Assembly (NCBI GenBank): GCA_026706025.1
Contig: JAPOZO010000087.1
Coordinates: 15,522-79,521, forward strand
Direction: 5' to 3'
From: Candidatus Poribacteria bacterium
GTDB taxonomy: Bacteria; Poribacteria; WGA-4E; WGA-3G
Length of the DNA: 64,000 nucleotides
A program made the translations under genes and the position numbers. The notes under the pieces are model-generated. The model saw only the letters and a list, made by a program, of their open reading frames with translations, made no database searches and had not been told where the DNA came from. The stretch's first letter is position 1; the number at the start of each line of letters is the position of its first letter. This document shows, in pieces, positions 35,396-44,843 of the stretch.

Positions 35396-37096
35396 TGAGA
35401 GTTTATTCTCATTAAGTGGAAGACTGATTTTAAAAGCAGTTCCCATTCCTATTTTGCTTCTGACTTCGATCTTACCTTTATGCGCAGTAATGATCTGGTG
35501 CGAAATCGCAAGTCCGAGTCCTATGCCACCGGTAGCGTCTTTCGTTGTAAAATAAGCATCGTAAATCTGTTCCTGAATTTCTTCTGGAATACCGATACCG
35601 GTATCTCGAATTTCGATTACTGCTTGGTTCATCTCGTCCTCTATTTCCTCAATTAAGGTGGTGATGTAAATGCTACCGCCCTTCGGCATTGCTTGGATAC
35701 TGTTTTGCACAAAGTTGAAGATGGTTTGCCGCATTAGCGCTGTATCCAATGGGACATCCGGTAAGTTTTCGTTATAGCTTTTAATTACCTGTACCTCGGC
35801 TCCTTCGGTAACGAGTGCGAATTCCGATAAAACCTGCTCTACAAGGGCATTGAGGTTTACCGGTTCTATATTCAATTTTCTCGGTCGATTTAGGGTGAGG
35901 AACTGCTCTGAAGTTTGCTTTAATTCCCCTATTTTTTTATCAACGATCTCTAAAAGTTCTTTCGCTTCCTCAATATCATCGGGGTTCACCTTTCGTTGTG
36001 AGAAAACAGATTTCAGGTGCTGGGCAGTCATTCCAATTGAATTAAGTGGGTTCCGAATTTCGTGTGCCACACCAGCCGCAAATTGACCTAAGGCAGCAAT
36101 CCTTTTTGAGTGAGAATCTCGCAATTGCCACAGCATTCGGACGAGGTTATGGGTTGCCCTTCCGATTTCATCCGAGGAGTAAGTCTGGTCAAGAGATAAA
36201 TCGCCACTTTCTGCGCTCTGAATAATATGGGTCATCCGTTCTAACGGCTTCATAATCAAGTGATTCGTCGTTAAGTCGATCAGAATTACGAGGAGTGCCC
36301 CGACAATCACGATCAGTATCGCGTGCATCAACAATGAATTTCGGATTGATCTATCAATATAAGGCACATCAAAAAGCACCTGTATGTAGCCAGTTAACGC
36401 TTTCCGAATCCACAGGATCTCATCTTGCTTCCATAGATTATAAAAAACGCCTCTCTCTTGGTCGGTAATTCGCCAGCGTCTACCTTTCTCTTCTGGTATC
36501 ACAAGGACCAGTCCTTCTGGCACATAGGTGTTTTCACCAAAGGCTCTCCACCAAACCTTATGCGGCATCCGCCCTTCATCAAGTGTTGGGACATATGCGA
36601 AGTCGCGCGGATCTAACTCTATCGGCTTTGGTGCCGTCAAAACGGCAGTATACTTAATAACAATAGCCGTTGCATTTTGTCCCTCAACAGCGTGGACCGT
36701 CGCGCCTTTTGCCTCGATTTGTTTAAGGTCCGCTGTGTCAAGATTTATGTCGCCAGCATCTTCACCCGTAAGTAGGCTCGAGCGAATACGGGTGTTGTTT
36801 ACGGAGATATGGACGTTTAGCACATCTTGCATGTCCGGGTGTGCCTGCTTGAGTTCAGTAAGCACATAGTCCAGCCGGTTCGCGTCAAATACTTTTGTTG
36901 TTTCGATTTCTCTCGTAATCGCATCAAGGATTGTGTTTTCAGTGATTTTCTTCAGTTCCGCACCGCGTTCTGCCCCCAAGGCGTGAAGGGCATTCATTTC
37001 ACTTCGGACACGAATACTGTCGAAAAAGTAAAATGCCACTAAGACTGCTATTACGGAGAGGTTGATAACAAGGGAATACTTCCATTGGAGTCGCAT
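35393..37096 (-). CDS. Sensor histidine kinase (periplasmic sensor domain, HAMP, HisKA, HATPase)
   Basis: The H-box is AAGVAHEIRNPLNS, the N-box is FVQNSIQAM, and the G-boxes are DTGIGI and GIGLGLAI. There are two TM segments. Confidence 0.85.
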   Translation of the reverse strand: MRLQWKYSLVINLSVIAVLVAFYFFDSIRVRSEMNALHALGAERGAELKKITENTILDAITREIETTKVFDANRLDYVLTELKQAHPDMQDVLNVHISVNNTRIRSSLLTGEDAGDINLDTADLKQIEAKGATVHAVEGQNATAIVIKYTAVLTAPKPIELDPRDFAYVPTLDEGRMPHKVWWRAFGENTYVPEGLVLVIPEEKGRRWRITDQERGVFYNLWKQDEILWIRKALTGYIQVLFDVPYIDRSIRNSLLMHAILIVIVGALLVILIDLTTNHLIMKPLERMTHIIQSAESGDLSLDQTYSSDEIGRATHNLVRMLWQLRDSHSKRIAALGQFAAGVAHEIRNPLNSIGMTAQHLKSVFSQRKVNPDDIEEAKELLEIVDKKIGELKQTSEQFLTLNRPRKLNIEPVNLNALVEQVLSEFALVTEGAEVQVIKSYNENLPDVPLDTALMRQTIFNFVQNSIQAMPKGGSIYITTLIEEIEDEMNQAVIEIRDTGIGIPEEIQEQIYDAYFTTKDATGGIGLGLAISHQIITAHKGKIEVRSKIGMGTAFKISLPLNENKLS

Positions 37097-37097
37097 T

Positions 37098-38639
37098 TTA
37101 ACCCATCACACGTTTCACTGCCTTTTTCCACTGCGTGAGTTTCTGATTCCGTTCGTTTGGGTCAATCTGTGGTGAAAAGACGCAGGCTGTAGAAACCGCG
37201 TCTGCGGGTGTCGCTTGTGTAGATCGATACCTCTCCAGTTCAGCGATATCGTTCCACATTCCGGTTGTAATACCAGCGAGGTACGCCGCACCCAGTCCTG
37301 TTGTCTCGATTTGCGCGGGACGTTCTACATCTATCCCCAGAATATCTGCTTGGAACTGCATAAGAAAATCATTCGCTGTTGCTCCGCCGTCAACACGCAA
37401 ACGATCAATCGTCATGTCTGCATCTGTCAACATCGCAGTGACGACATCTGCGGATTGATAAGCGATTGATTCTAAAGTGGCACGGATGATCTCTGCACGA
37501 GTGCTCCCGCGTGTTAAACCGAGGATTGCACCGCGTGCCTCAGCCTCCCAATACGGGGCACCGAGTCCAGTAAACGCAGGAACAACGAAGACACCACCTG
37601 AATCTGGGATACTGGATGCGATCTTTCCCGTTTCTGCTGCGTTCTCAATAATCTGGATGCCGTCTCGGAGCCACTGGACAGCAGCACCCGCGACAAATAC
37701 GCTCCCTTCCAGCGCATAAACGGGGTTTTCATCTAAACTACAAGCAAGTGTTGTCAGGAGTCCAGTCTCCGTTTCTGTTTTTTTAGCACCTGTATTCAGC
37801 ATCAAGAAGCAGCCGGTTCCGTAAGTGTTTTTCACCATGCCGGGTTCGGTACACAATTGCCCGAAAAGGGCGGCTTGCTGATCCCCCGCGATGCCAGTAA
37901 TCGGGATGCCATCTAAAGATATATTTTTCCCGAAGGTCTCAAGCCAAAAATTACGATAGAAACTCGCTGTCCCGAAGTTGTTTGCGGATGGATAGACTTC
38001 AGGCAATATAGCTTTTGGAACATTGAAGATTTCCAAAAGACTATCGTCCCACGAAAGATTGTTAATATTGAAAAGTAGTGTGCGCGATGCATTTGTGTAA
38101 TCGGTTTTATGAACAGCACCGTCTGTTAATTTCCACAGGAGCCAGGTATCTACAGTTCCAAACGCGAGTTCTCCGCGTTCTGCTTGTTCCCGCGCACCGT
38201 TAACATTATCAAGAATCCAAGCGATTTTTGTTGCCGAAAAGTAGGCATCTAAGACGAGACCTGTTTTCGTCTTGATCTCTTCTGAAAGTCCTTGTTTCTG
38301 AAGTGTGTTACACCTATCTGTAGTGCGCCGACACTGCCACACAATCGCAGGGTGAATCGGTTTACCTGTCTCTCGATTCCAGATGAGTGTTGTTTCACGT
38401 TGATTTGCGATGCCGAGCGCGATAATGTTTGGTACTGTTTCTCCAAAGAGGGCGTCTATGGCTTGTAGTGTAGCGTTCCATATCTCCTCTGGATCGTGTT
38501 CTACCCAACCGGGGTGTGGATAGTATTGTGTAAATTCTTGGTATCCTCGGGCAACGATATTGCCTTGGATGTCAACAAGAAGGGCGGTCGTACCTGTTGT
38601 CCCTTGGTCGATCGCGAGGATACAAGCTGTGTTCGGCAT
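37098..38639 (-). CDS. glpK: Glycerol kinase
   Basis: It has AIDQGTTGT, GDQQAALFGQ and the FGGY-family layout. The length is 513 aa. Confidence 0.9.
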   Translation of the reverse strand: MPNTACILAIDQGTTGTTALLVDIQGNIVARGYQEFTQYYPHPGWVEHDPEEIWNATLQAIDALFGETVPNIIALGIANQRETTLIWNRETGKPIHPAIVWQCRRTTDRCNTLQKQGLSEEIKTKTGLVLDAYFSATKIAWILDNVNGAREQAERGELAFGTVDTWLLWKLTDGAVHKTDYTNASRTLLFNINNLSWDDSLLEIFNVPKAILPEVYPSANNFGTASFYRNFWLETFGKNISLDGIPITGIAGDQQAALFGQLCTEPGMVKNTYGTGCFLMLNTGAKKTETETGLLTTLACSLDENPVYALEGSVFVAGAAVQWLRDGIQIIENAAETGKIASSIPDSGGVFVVPAFTGLGAPYWEAEARGAILGLTRGSTRAEIIRATLESIAYQSADVVTAMLTDADMTIDRLRVDGGATANDFLMQFQADILGIDVERPAQIETTGLGAAYLAGITTGMWNDIAELERYRSTQATPADAVSTACVFSPQIDPNERNQKLTQWKKAVKRVMG

Positions 38640-38673
38640 GCTGCGCGTGCGACTCCTAATTCTTTTTTATTTC

Positions 38674-38820
38674 GGACTTACGCATTTCTTTTTAAAGTCC
38701 CCTGATAAGAGGGATTTAGGTTAAAGTCCCCCTGATAAGAGGGATTTAGGGGGTTAAATACATCAAAATTACCGCTTTTTGCGTCCAAATGTCCTACATT
38801 TACGCAATTTGCGTAAGTTC
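38674..38820. repeat. Second MITE-like element sharing the GGACTTACGCA terminal repeat
   Basis: GGACTTACGCA at 38674-38684 pairs with TGCGTAAGTTC at 38810-38820 (1 mismatch). The interior differs from the element at 35267. Confidence 0.5.
38692..38750. repeat. Tandem direct repeat, 29 + 30 nt
   Basis: The unit is TTAAAGTCCC(C)CTGATAAGAGGGATTTAGG, present twice. Each unit is an imperfect palindrome (AAAgTCCC / GGGATTT). Confidence 0.85.
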
Positions 38821-38913
38821 TATCATTAAAGCATAACACGGCTGGGAAAAAATAACAATTGAAAATGTGGACTTGGTTGACCAGAGGATTTTAGCGTTTT
38901 TTATCAATTCAAG

Positions 38914-38943
38914 TTGACATCGAATTTATTATTCTGCTATAAT
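38914..38943 (+). promoter_or_regulatory. Sigma-70 promoter of the S55-like / propeller unit
   Basis: TTGACA (38914-38919), an 18-nt spacer ending in TGc, then TATAAT (38938-38943). Confidence 0.6.
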
Positions 38944-38990
38944 ATCCTATTATGTCTTGACAGTATTAAATTACATAGAGCCGTTTTCAT

Positions 38991-39005
38991 TGGTCTTTAG
39001 TATGC
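38991..39005 (+). promoter_or_regulatory. Weak sigma-54-like -24/-12 element
   Basis: TGGTCTTTAGTATGC has the correct GG-N10-GC spacing but poor flanking matches. Confidence 0.2.
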
Positions 39006-39189
39006 TAACAAATTTGCCACTTTCTAATTAAAAAATTAAAACTCGTATATCGCCCCTATTGAGCGGAGGCTTAGATTTGAAGGCTACAGGTAGACCAACT
39101 GGATGACTCTACGTCTTAATCAATGTGCGATTGAGATGATTGTTGCGAACATAAAACAGATTTCTGATAGTTCAGAGAGGAGTGACGTT

Positions 39190-41076
39190 GTGAAAAAGGT
39201 TTGGCTTTGCGCTCTGGTCGTATTCTGCTTGGCTGTATATCATAGCCACGCGCAGATTCAGTGGGATGCTGAAAAGTTTATGCCGTTGTCCGATGTGAAA
39301 CAGGGCATGACAGGGAAGGGGTACACTGTATTTTCAGGCATAGAAGTGGAAGAATTTGATTTTGAAGTTGTAAGCGTTGAGTACAACTATTTCCCCGGGT
39401 GGCATGTCGTATGGTGTAAAGGGCTCAGCGACAACTTTAAACGTACCGGTGTCGCAGGCGGCATGAGCGGTAGTCCGATCTATATTGATGGTAGACTCAT
39501 AGGGGCACTCTCGCTTGGACATTTCAATCAGCGGGAACATGCCAATCTCTTTGGTGTCACGCCCATTGGATCGATGATTAAAGTGGCACAGCGTGGGATG
39601 GAACCCAATTTAAGTTACCAAGGCACGCAACTCTTTGATTTCGGTGCTGCAGCTGCGGTGCAAGCATCTGGTTTAGATATGGGGGCATCGTTGCTTCGCG
39701 ACGGTAAAGTCTCACAGATCCCGCGTAGTTTTGATGAAGTGTGGTTTGAGAACATGTCCAGGGCTGCTTCCCCAGCGAGATCCGCCCAGTTGTCCATACC
39801 GCTCGCGATGCCACCACTGAACCCAGAATTAATGCGATATGTCAAACCGATTTTTGACAAGTTCAACTTTACTCCTGTTCAAGCAGCAGGGGGTGGTGGT
39901 CGTATTAAGGAATCGCCGGTTGAGGAAGGACAGATCATCGGGACGGAATATGTACGGGGTGATGTCTCATTTTTTGGCTATGGTACTATCACTTATGTCA
40001 AAGATGATGAGCTCCTCGCTTATGGACATGGTACACCGTCGGCGGAAGGTAATGTAAATCTACCGCTTTCAGGCGGTTATGTCCATTTTATTTTGCCGAG
40101 CCGATCGCGCTCCTCCAAGGTCGCGGCACCGACACAACTCGTCGGGACCTTAGTCCAAGATCGCGAAACCTCAATCGCCGGGATCATCGGAAAGCATCCG
40201 AGTTATATTCCGGTCAATGTTAATGTGCAAACAACCGATGGGAAGCAGCACGAAAAGTATTATGAGGTAATAAGAGACCGCGGAGTATCTGGCCTTTATG
40301 TCGGAGTCGGGGCATCCTATCTTCTTGATGCGCTTGAGTTCTATTTCCACGATTACACGGTCAACCTGAACGCTACCATCACCTTGAAAGAACATCCTGA
40401 CCTCACAACTCGAGAGTTGGCGTACAAAAACGTCTTTTCTTCGAGCGGCTCACCAGCCTCTGGGATCATGCAAACGGTGATGTCCCCAATAATGTTGTTG
40501 GACAGCAACACTTACACAAAGGTTCAGGTTGAGGGGGTTGACCTTGATATTAAGGTGGAGGATAAACGCCGAACGGCGAGAGTTATAAGCCTTCGGGTCG
40601 ATAAACTTCGATATCGCCCTGGTGATACTGTCGCAGTCGAGATAACTCTGCAACCTTATCTTGAAATGCCGGTCGTCCTGACAGGAACAATTACGATTCC
40701 AAAGGATACACCCGATGGACTTGTTATGCTTCTCGCTTCCAACGGGAGTTTTTATGAGTCTTGGCAGCGTTCCCGGGCACCATTTAACTTCCGATACAGA
40801 GACATCAACCAGTTAGTTGAACTCTTGAAACGTGAGGAAAACAATTCCAATATTATTTTTGAACTCTCTGTACCGCAACCCGGACTCACTGTTCAAGGTC
40901 AAGAATTCTCGAATTTACCACCTTCTGTTATGTCTGTGATGAATACTGCAAAGCAGGTGGTCGGCAATTCAGGATATACTGCCGGGACAGCTTTACATGT
41001 TGACAAACTATCCACAGACTATGTCGTCTTTGGTAGTGGTATTATTCGCTTTGTTGTTGATAGGAACGCCGAGTAA
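39190..41076 (+). CDS. Exported SpoIVB/S55-like peptidase-domain protein, paralogue 1
   Basis: GGMSGSPIYIDGRLIGALS resembles the S55 Ser motif. The GTG at 39190, preceded by GAGAGGA, aligns with the paralogue's start (VKKVWL vs VKKIYL). The track ORF starts at 39103. Confidence 0.55.
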   Translation: MKKVWLCALVVFCLAVYHSHAQIQWDAEKFMPLSDVKQGMTGKGYTVFSGIEVEEFDFEVVSVEYNYFPGWHVVWCKGLSDNFKRTGVAGGMSGSPIYIDGRLIGALSLGHFNQREHANLFGVTPIGSMIKVAQRGMEPNLSYQGTQLFDFGAAAAVQASGLDMGASLLRDGKVSQIPRSFDEVWFENMSRAASPARSAQLSIPLAMPPLNPELMRYVKPIFDKFNFTPVQAAGGGGRIKESPVEEGQIIGTEYVRGDVSFFGYGTITYVKDDELLAYGHGTPSAEGNVNLPLSGGYVHFILPSRSRSSKVAAPTQLVGTLVQDRETSIAGIIGKHPSYIPVNVNVQTTDGKQHEKYYEVIRDRGVSGLYVGVGASYLLDALEFYFHDYTVNLNATITLKEHPDLTTRELAYKNVFSSSGSPASGIMQTVMSPIMLLDSNTYTKVQVEGVDLDIKVEDKRRTARVISLRVDKLRYRPGDTVAVEITLQPYLEMPVVLTGTITIPKDTPDGLVMLLASNGSFYESWQRSRAPFNFRYRDINQLVELLKREENNSNIIFELSVPQPGLTVQGQEFSNLPPSVMSVMNTAKQVVGNSGYTAGTALHVDKLSTDYVVFGSGIIRFVVDRNAE

Positions 41077-41264
41077 GGTCCAAAAAGACAAAGTAAGTGG
41101 GGGCACCAACTTTTGCCTGCAATATTTGGTGACGAGGTAGAGATACATAGCTCTTGTCTCTATGCCGGTGAATACAAAATCGTATCTAAAAATCCTTAAA
41201 GATTTGGCGACTTGCAATATCACCTCAAGTTTCGCCTAAGCAACCCTATAGGAGGGTATTTTCA

Positions 41265-43403
41265 ATGCGCCGTGTCATCTCCTTTTGGAGTCTTATTTTA
41301 ACTATTTTGATTTTCGCAGGTGTCGCATCCGCTGTGAAAACTTCGTTGTGGGAACAGCAAAATCACGCCGATTTTGAGTCTGGTAAGCCCAAAGACCTTT
41401 CATTGACAAGCACAGGAGACGTTATGTTGTCTCTGAAAATTGATGCTTTTACAAAAATGAAGGAGACCCAGGTCTGGGCACTTGTCGAAGATTCAGCGGG
41501 AAACCTCTATGCGGGTACCGGGAACGAAGGGAAAATCTATAAAATTAGTGCTGATGGCGACACCGCTGAACTCTATTATAATTCACCCGAAGTTACCATT
41601 TACAGCCTCGCTATCGGACCCGACGATACCCTCTACGCAGGGACAGGCCCCGATGGGTTGATTTACAAAATCACTGATGCTACGACACCGCCTACAACTA
41701 TCCTCAATGAAGGCGACAAATATGTATGGGCATTGCAGTTTGATGATGCTGGTAATCTTTATGCCGCAACAGGTACCGATGGAAAGATTTACAAAATTAC
41801 ACCAGAAGGTGAATCCAGCGTCCTATTTGATGCCGAAGAAAAAAATATTATGACCCTCCTGCTCCACGAAAACGGTTCCTATGCAGGAAGCGGGGACAAC
41901 GGCGTTATCTACCATATTATGGGCGATGGCACTGCAAAGGTTATATATCAAGCCAATGAAAAAGAAGTCCGCGCCCTTAAATTGGATAGTAAAGGCAATC
42001 TCTACGCTGCAGCCGTTACATCTCAGCCCGCAGAACCATCACGCGGTCGACGCGGCGCAAACGGACCGCCTACACCCAGTGGACCGCCGCCACCCGGTGG
42101 AGGACCACCGCAAGAGAATAAATCTAATATCTACAAAATTCGACCAGATGGTACTGCTATATCAATTTGGAATTCGCCGGAGCCACTTATTTTAGCAATC
42201 GTGTTAGAAAGCGAATCCCAAATTCTTGTCGGAACAGGGAATGAGGGAAAAATCTACCGCGTCAATCCCATAAGTGGGGATTCTGTTGAAGTCGGTAAAT
42301 GTTCAGCCGACCAAGTCGTCGCGATACATCAAAAAGAGGTTGATGGAAGCACTAAAACCTTCTTGGCAACTGGCAATCCCGGTAAACTCTTTACGCTTAC
42401 TACCGATCATGTTGATGAAGGAACGCTTGAGTCGAAAGTTCACGACGCAAAGAGCCTATCCCGCTGGGGGAAACTTTCCTGGGAGGGTGAGACAGAAGAA
42501 GGAACCGCGATCGTCTTCTCTACGCGTACCGGTAATACTAAAAAGCCTGATGATACATGGAATGACTGGTCGGAAGAACTCACCACTGCGGAAGGTTCCC
42601 AAGTGCCTAATGAAGATGCACAGTACATCCAATGGCGCGCTAAATTCTCAACCACTGACGCAGCGAAAACACCCGTCTTGAAGAAGGTTACCCTTGCTTC
42701 TGTGCAGACGAATGTTGAGCCACGATTTACGGGGATTACCGTAGATGATGGCAGCGGCAGCGGCAATCAAGAAACGCGGCGGCGTTCTTCTGGTGGGAAC
42801 TTACCACCGCCAGGCGCACGCGGCGGAAGTGGGGGATCCAGTGGTGGAGATGATGCCCCTTCTAAAAAATGGAAGATTAGTTGGAAGGTTGAGGACGCAA
42901 ATGCCGATACGCTCCAGTATACACTCTACTACAAAGCCGTAACTGAAGAGAACTGGCGGCTCCTGAAAAAAGAACTAACCAAAGCCGAATTTGAGTGGGA
43001 TATCACCACTGTCGCAGATGGACGATATAAGGTGAAAGTTGTCGCTACAGACAAACTGAGCAATCCAGTCGGTTGGGCGAAATCCGCTGACAAGGTGAGT
43101 CTGCCGTTTGATGTTGACAATACCCAACCTGCTGTCGGTGAAATTCAAGTTACACCTAATGGCAATGGTACTTACAAAATCGCTTGTGAGGTTACCGATA
43201 TGGCTACGCCTATCCAGAAAGCCGTCTATAAAATTGATAACGATGAGAACTGGAAGGCTATTTTCCCCGAGGACGGTATCTTCGATTCTAAGAGCGAGCA
43301 GCTCCTCTTAGAAACCGGTGAACTTCCCGCAGGCGGGCACGCGATTACCATTCAGGTGACGGATAGAGCACAAAATACGGCAGTTGGGCGTGCTGGTTTC
43401 TAA
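41265..43403 (+). CDS. Exported 7-bladed beta-propeller protein with Pro/Gly-rich inserts and C-terminal Ig/FN3-like domains
   Basis: There are seven repeats of the type aGnLYAGTGneGKIYKI. The inserts are GPPTPSGPPPPGGGPP and GGSGGSSGG. AGGAGG precedes the ATG. A signal peptide is present. Confidence 0.65.
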   Translation: MRRVISFWSLILTILIFAGVASAVKTSLWEQQNHADFESGKPKDLSLTSTGDVMLSLKIDAFTKMKETQVWALVEDSAGNLYAGTGNEGKIYKISADGDTAELYYNSPEVTIYSLAIGPDDTLYAGTGPDGLIYKITDATTPPTTILNEGDKYVWALQFDDAGNLYAATGTDGKIYKITPEGESSVLFDAEEKNIMTLLLHENGSYAGSGDNGVIYHIMGDGTAKVIYQANEKEVRALKLDSKGNLYAAAVTSQPAEPSRGRRGANGPPTPSGPPPPGGGPPQENKSNIYKIRPDGTAISIWNSPEPLILAIVLESESQILVGTGNEGKIYRVNPISGDSVEVGKCSADQVVAIHQKEVDGSTKTFLATGNPGKLFTLTTDHVDEGTLESKVHDAKSLSRWGKLSWEGETEEGTAIVFSTRTGNTKKPDDTWNDWSEELTTAEGSQVPNEDAQYIQWRAKFSTTDAAKTPVLKKVTLASVQTNVEPRFTGITVDDGSGSGNQETRRRSSGGNLPPPGARGGSGGSSGGDDAPSKKWKISWKVEDANADTLQYTLYYKAVTEENWRLLKKELTKAEFEWDITTVADGRYKVKVVATDKLSNPVGWAKSADKVSLPFDVDNTQPAVGEIQVTPNGNGTYKIACEVTDMATPIQKAVYKIDNDENWKAIFPEDGIFDSKSEQLLLETGELPAGGHAITIQVTDRAQNTAVGRAGF

Positions 43404-43417
43404 CCAAGTTCAGTTCA

Positions 43418-43449
43418 AGGGCGGGTTCAAACACCCGCCCTATTTTTTT
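43418..43449 (+). terminator. Strong intrinsic terminator
   Basis: The 9-bp stem AGGGCGGGT/ACCCGCCCT has the loop TCAAAC and is followed by ATTTTTTT. The T-run overlaps the last codons of convergent bioA. Confidence 0.8.
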
Positions 43450-44789
43450 GTGACCCTCTCGATTGAAGTATAAACGATGTCTAATAGGGTGTCTAACGTT
43501 GACATCGTGATTTGCAACGGTGGCATTAGGACGATAGTATTCACAAGAGGTCGGAGCATCGCTCCACGTGTGAGAGCCTCTTTGCAAACCCGGATACCTA
43601 CCTTTTCTTCAAACGGATAAGGGGTGTAGGTATTCGGGTTTTCCATGAGTTCTACACCTGCAGCGAAGCCACATACGCGCACATCGCCGACATGGGGAAG
43701 CGCATAGAAATCTTGAAGCCGGTTTCTGAAATGTTCAATGGTAGGTTGAAGTTGAGATAGGAGATTCTCGCGCTCCAAAATAGCGATATTTTCTAATGCT
43801 ACAGCGCATGCTAACGGGTTACCAGTAAAGGTGTGACCATGAAAAAAGGTCTTAAGGTCTCTATATTCGCCGAGGAAGGTGTCGTAGATGTCATCAGTCG
43901 TTAACGTTGCCGCAAGCGGAAGGTAGCCCGCGGCGAGACCTTTTGCCGTACATAAGATGTCGGGCGTAACGTTTTCATGTTCACATGCCCACATTTTGCC
44001 AGTGCGTCCGAATCCCGTCATCACTTCATCGACAATGAGAAGCACTTGCCACCGCTTTGCCAATACCGCAAGTTCTTTCAAAAACCCTTTCGGAGCGATT
44101 AGCATACCGCCCGCACCCTGAATTAGCGGTTCCAAAATGATACCCGCAACCTGCCCTGCATTTTCAGAGAGCGCATCTTCTACCGCATTAAGCCAACGCG
44201 TTTTCACCGCAGAGTCTGCATCGCGAGAAGGACGATAGATTTCAGGAGCGGACACACGGACACCTTTGAAAAGGAGCGGATCAAAGGTGGTATGGAAACT
44301 CTTAATGCCACCAACACTCATAGCACCTACTGTGTCACCGTGGTAAGCATTATCGAAATGGATAAACAGTTTCCGTTGCGCTTCTCCGTTATGTTGCCAG
44401 TACTGATACGCCATCTTCAAGGCGATTTCCACAGCCGTTGAACCGTTATCGGAGTAAAACACCTTGTTGAGTCCGGCGGGTGTGATTTCCACCAGTTTTT
44501 GTGCCAGTTGAATCGCAGGGATATTGCTGTACCCAAGCAGCGTCGTGTGTGCAATTTTGTCCAGCTGCCTTTTGAGTGCCGTGTTCAATTCAGGGTGATT
44601 GTGACCGTGGACATTCGTCCACATAGAAGCCGTGCCGTCAATATACCGATTTCCGGCGATATCAATGAGATAGCATCCCTCGCCACGTTCGATGATGACG
44701 ACATCCTCTGTCAGCCAATCTTGCATCTGCGTGAATGGATGCCAGAGGTAACGCTTATCCCACGCAACAAGCGTCTTTTTATCCAACAT
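43440..44789 (-). CDS. bioA: Adenosylmethionine-8-amino-7-oxononanoate aminotransferase
   Basis: It has WHPFTQMQDW, YHGDT and DEVMTGFGRTGKMWA. Confidence 0.85.
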   Translation of the reverse strand: MLDKKTLVAWDKRYLWHPFTQMQDWLTEDVVIIERGEGCYLIDIAGNRYIDGTASMWTNVHGHNHPELNTALKRQLDKIAHTTLLGYSNIPAIQLAQKLVEITPAGLNKVFYSDNGSTAVEIALKMAYQYWQHNGEAQRKLFIHFDNAYHGDTVGAMSVGGIKSFHTTFDPLLFKGVRVSAPEIYRPSRDADSAVKTRWLNAVEDALSENAGQVAGIILEPLIQGAGGMLIAPKGFLKELAVLAKRWQVLLIVDEVMTGFGRTGKMWACEHENVTPDILCTAKGLAAGYLPLAATLTTDDIYDTFLGEYRDLKTFFHGHTFTGNPLACAVALENIAILERENLLSQLQPTIEHFRNRLQDFYALPHVGDVRVCGFAAGVELMENPNTYTPYPFEEKVGIRVCKEALTRGAMLRPLVNTIVLMPPLQITMSTLDTLLDIVYTSIERVTKK

Positions 44790-44843
44790 GCAGCTTACCT
44801 ATCATGCTTAACTGGACATTAATGATGACACAACGGTCAAAAC

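Noticed and set aside
38692-38720. AAAGTCC within the tandem repeat, considered as a fragment of the RNase P RNA P4 motif (GAGGAAAGUCC); more generally, tRNA, tmRNA, SRP or 6S RNA in any of the long intergenic regions
   Set aside because: Only the heptamer matches and the flanking conserved RNase P elements are absent. I saw no GGTTCGAATCC-type T-arm, tmRNA tag frame or SRP domain IV motif in any intergenic region.
38692-38750. Possible CRISPR array
   Set aside because: There are only two contiguous repeat units, plus a partial third, with no spacers between them. No cas genes are in the window. It is a tandem duplication or operator-like repeat, not a CRISPR array.
41100-41117. Sigma-54-like GGCAC...TTGC upstream of the propeller gene
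   Set aside because: The GG-to-GC spacing is 13 rather than the required 12 (GGGCACCAACTTTTGC), so it is probably fortuitous.
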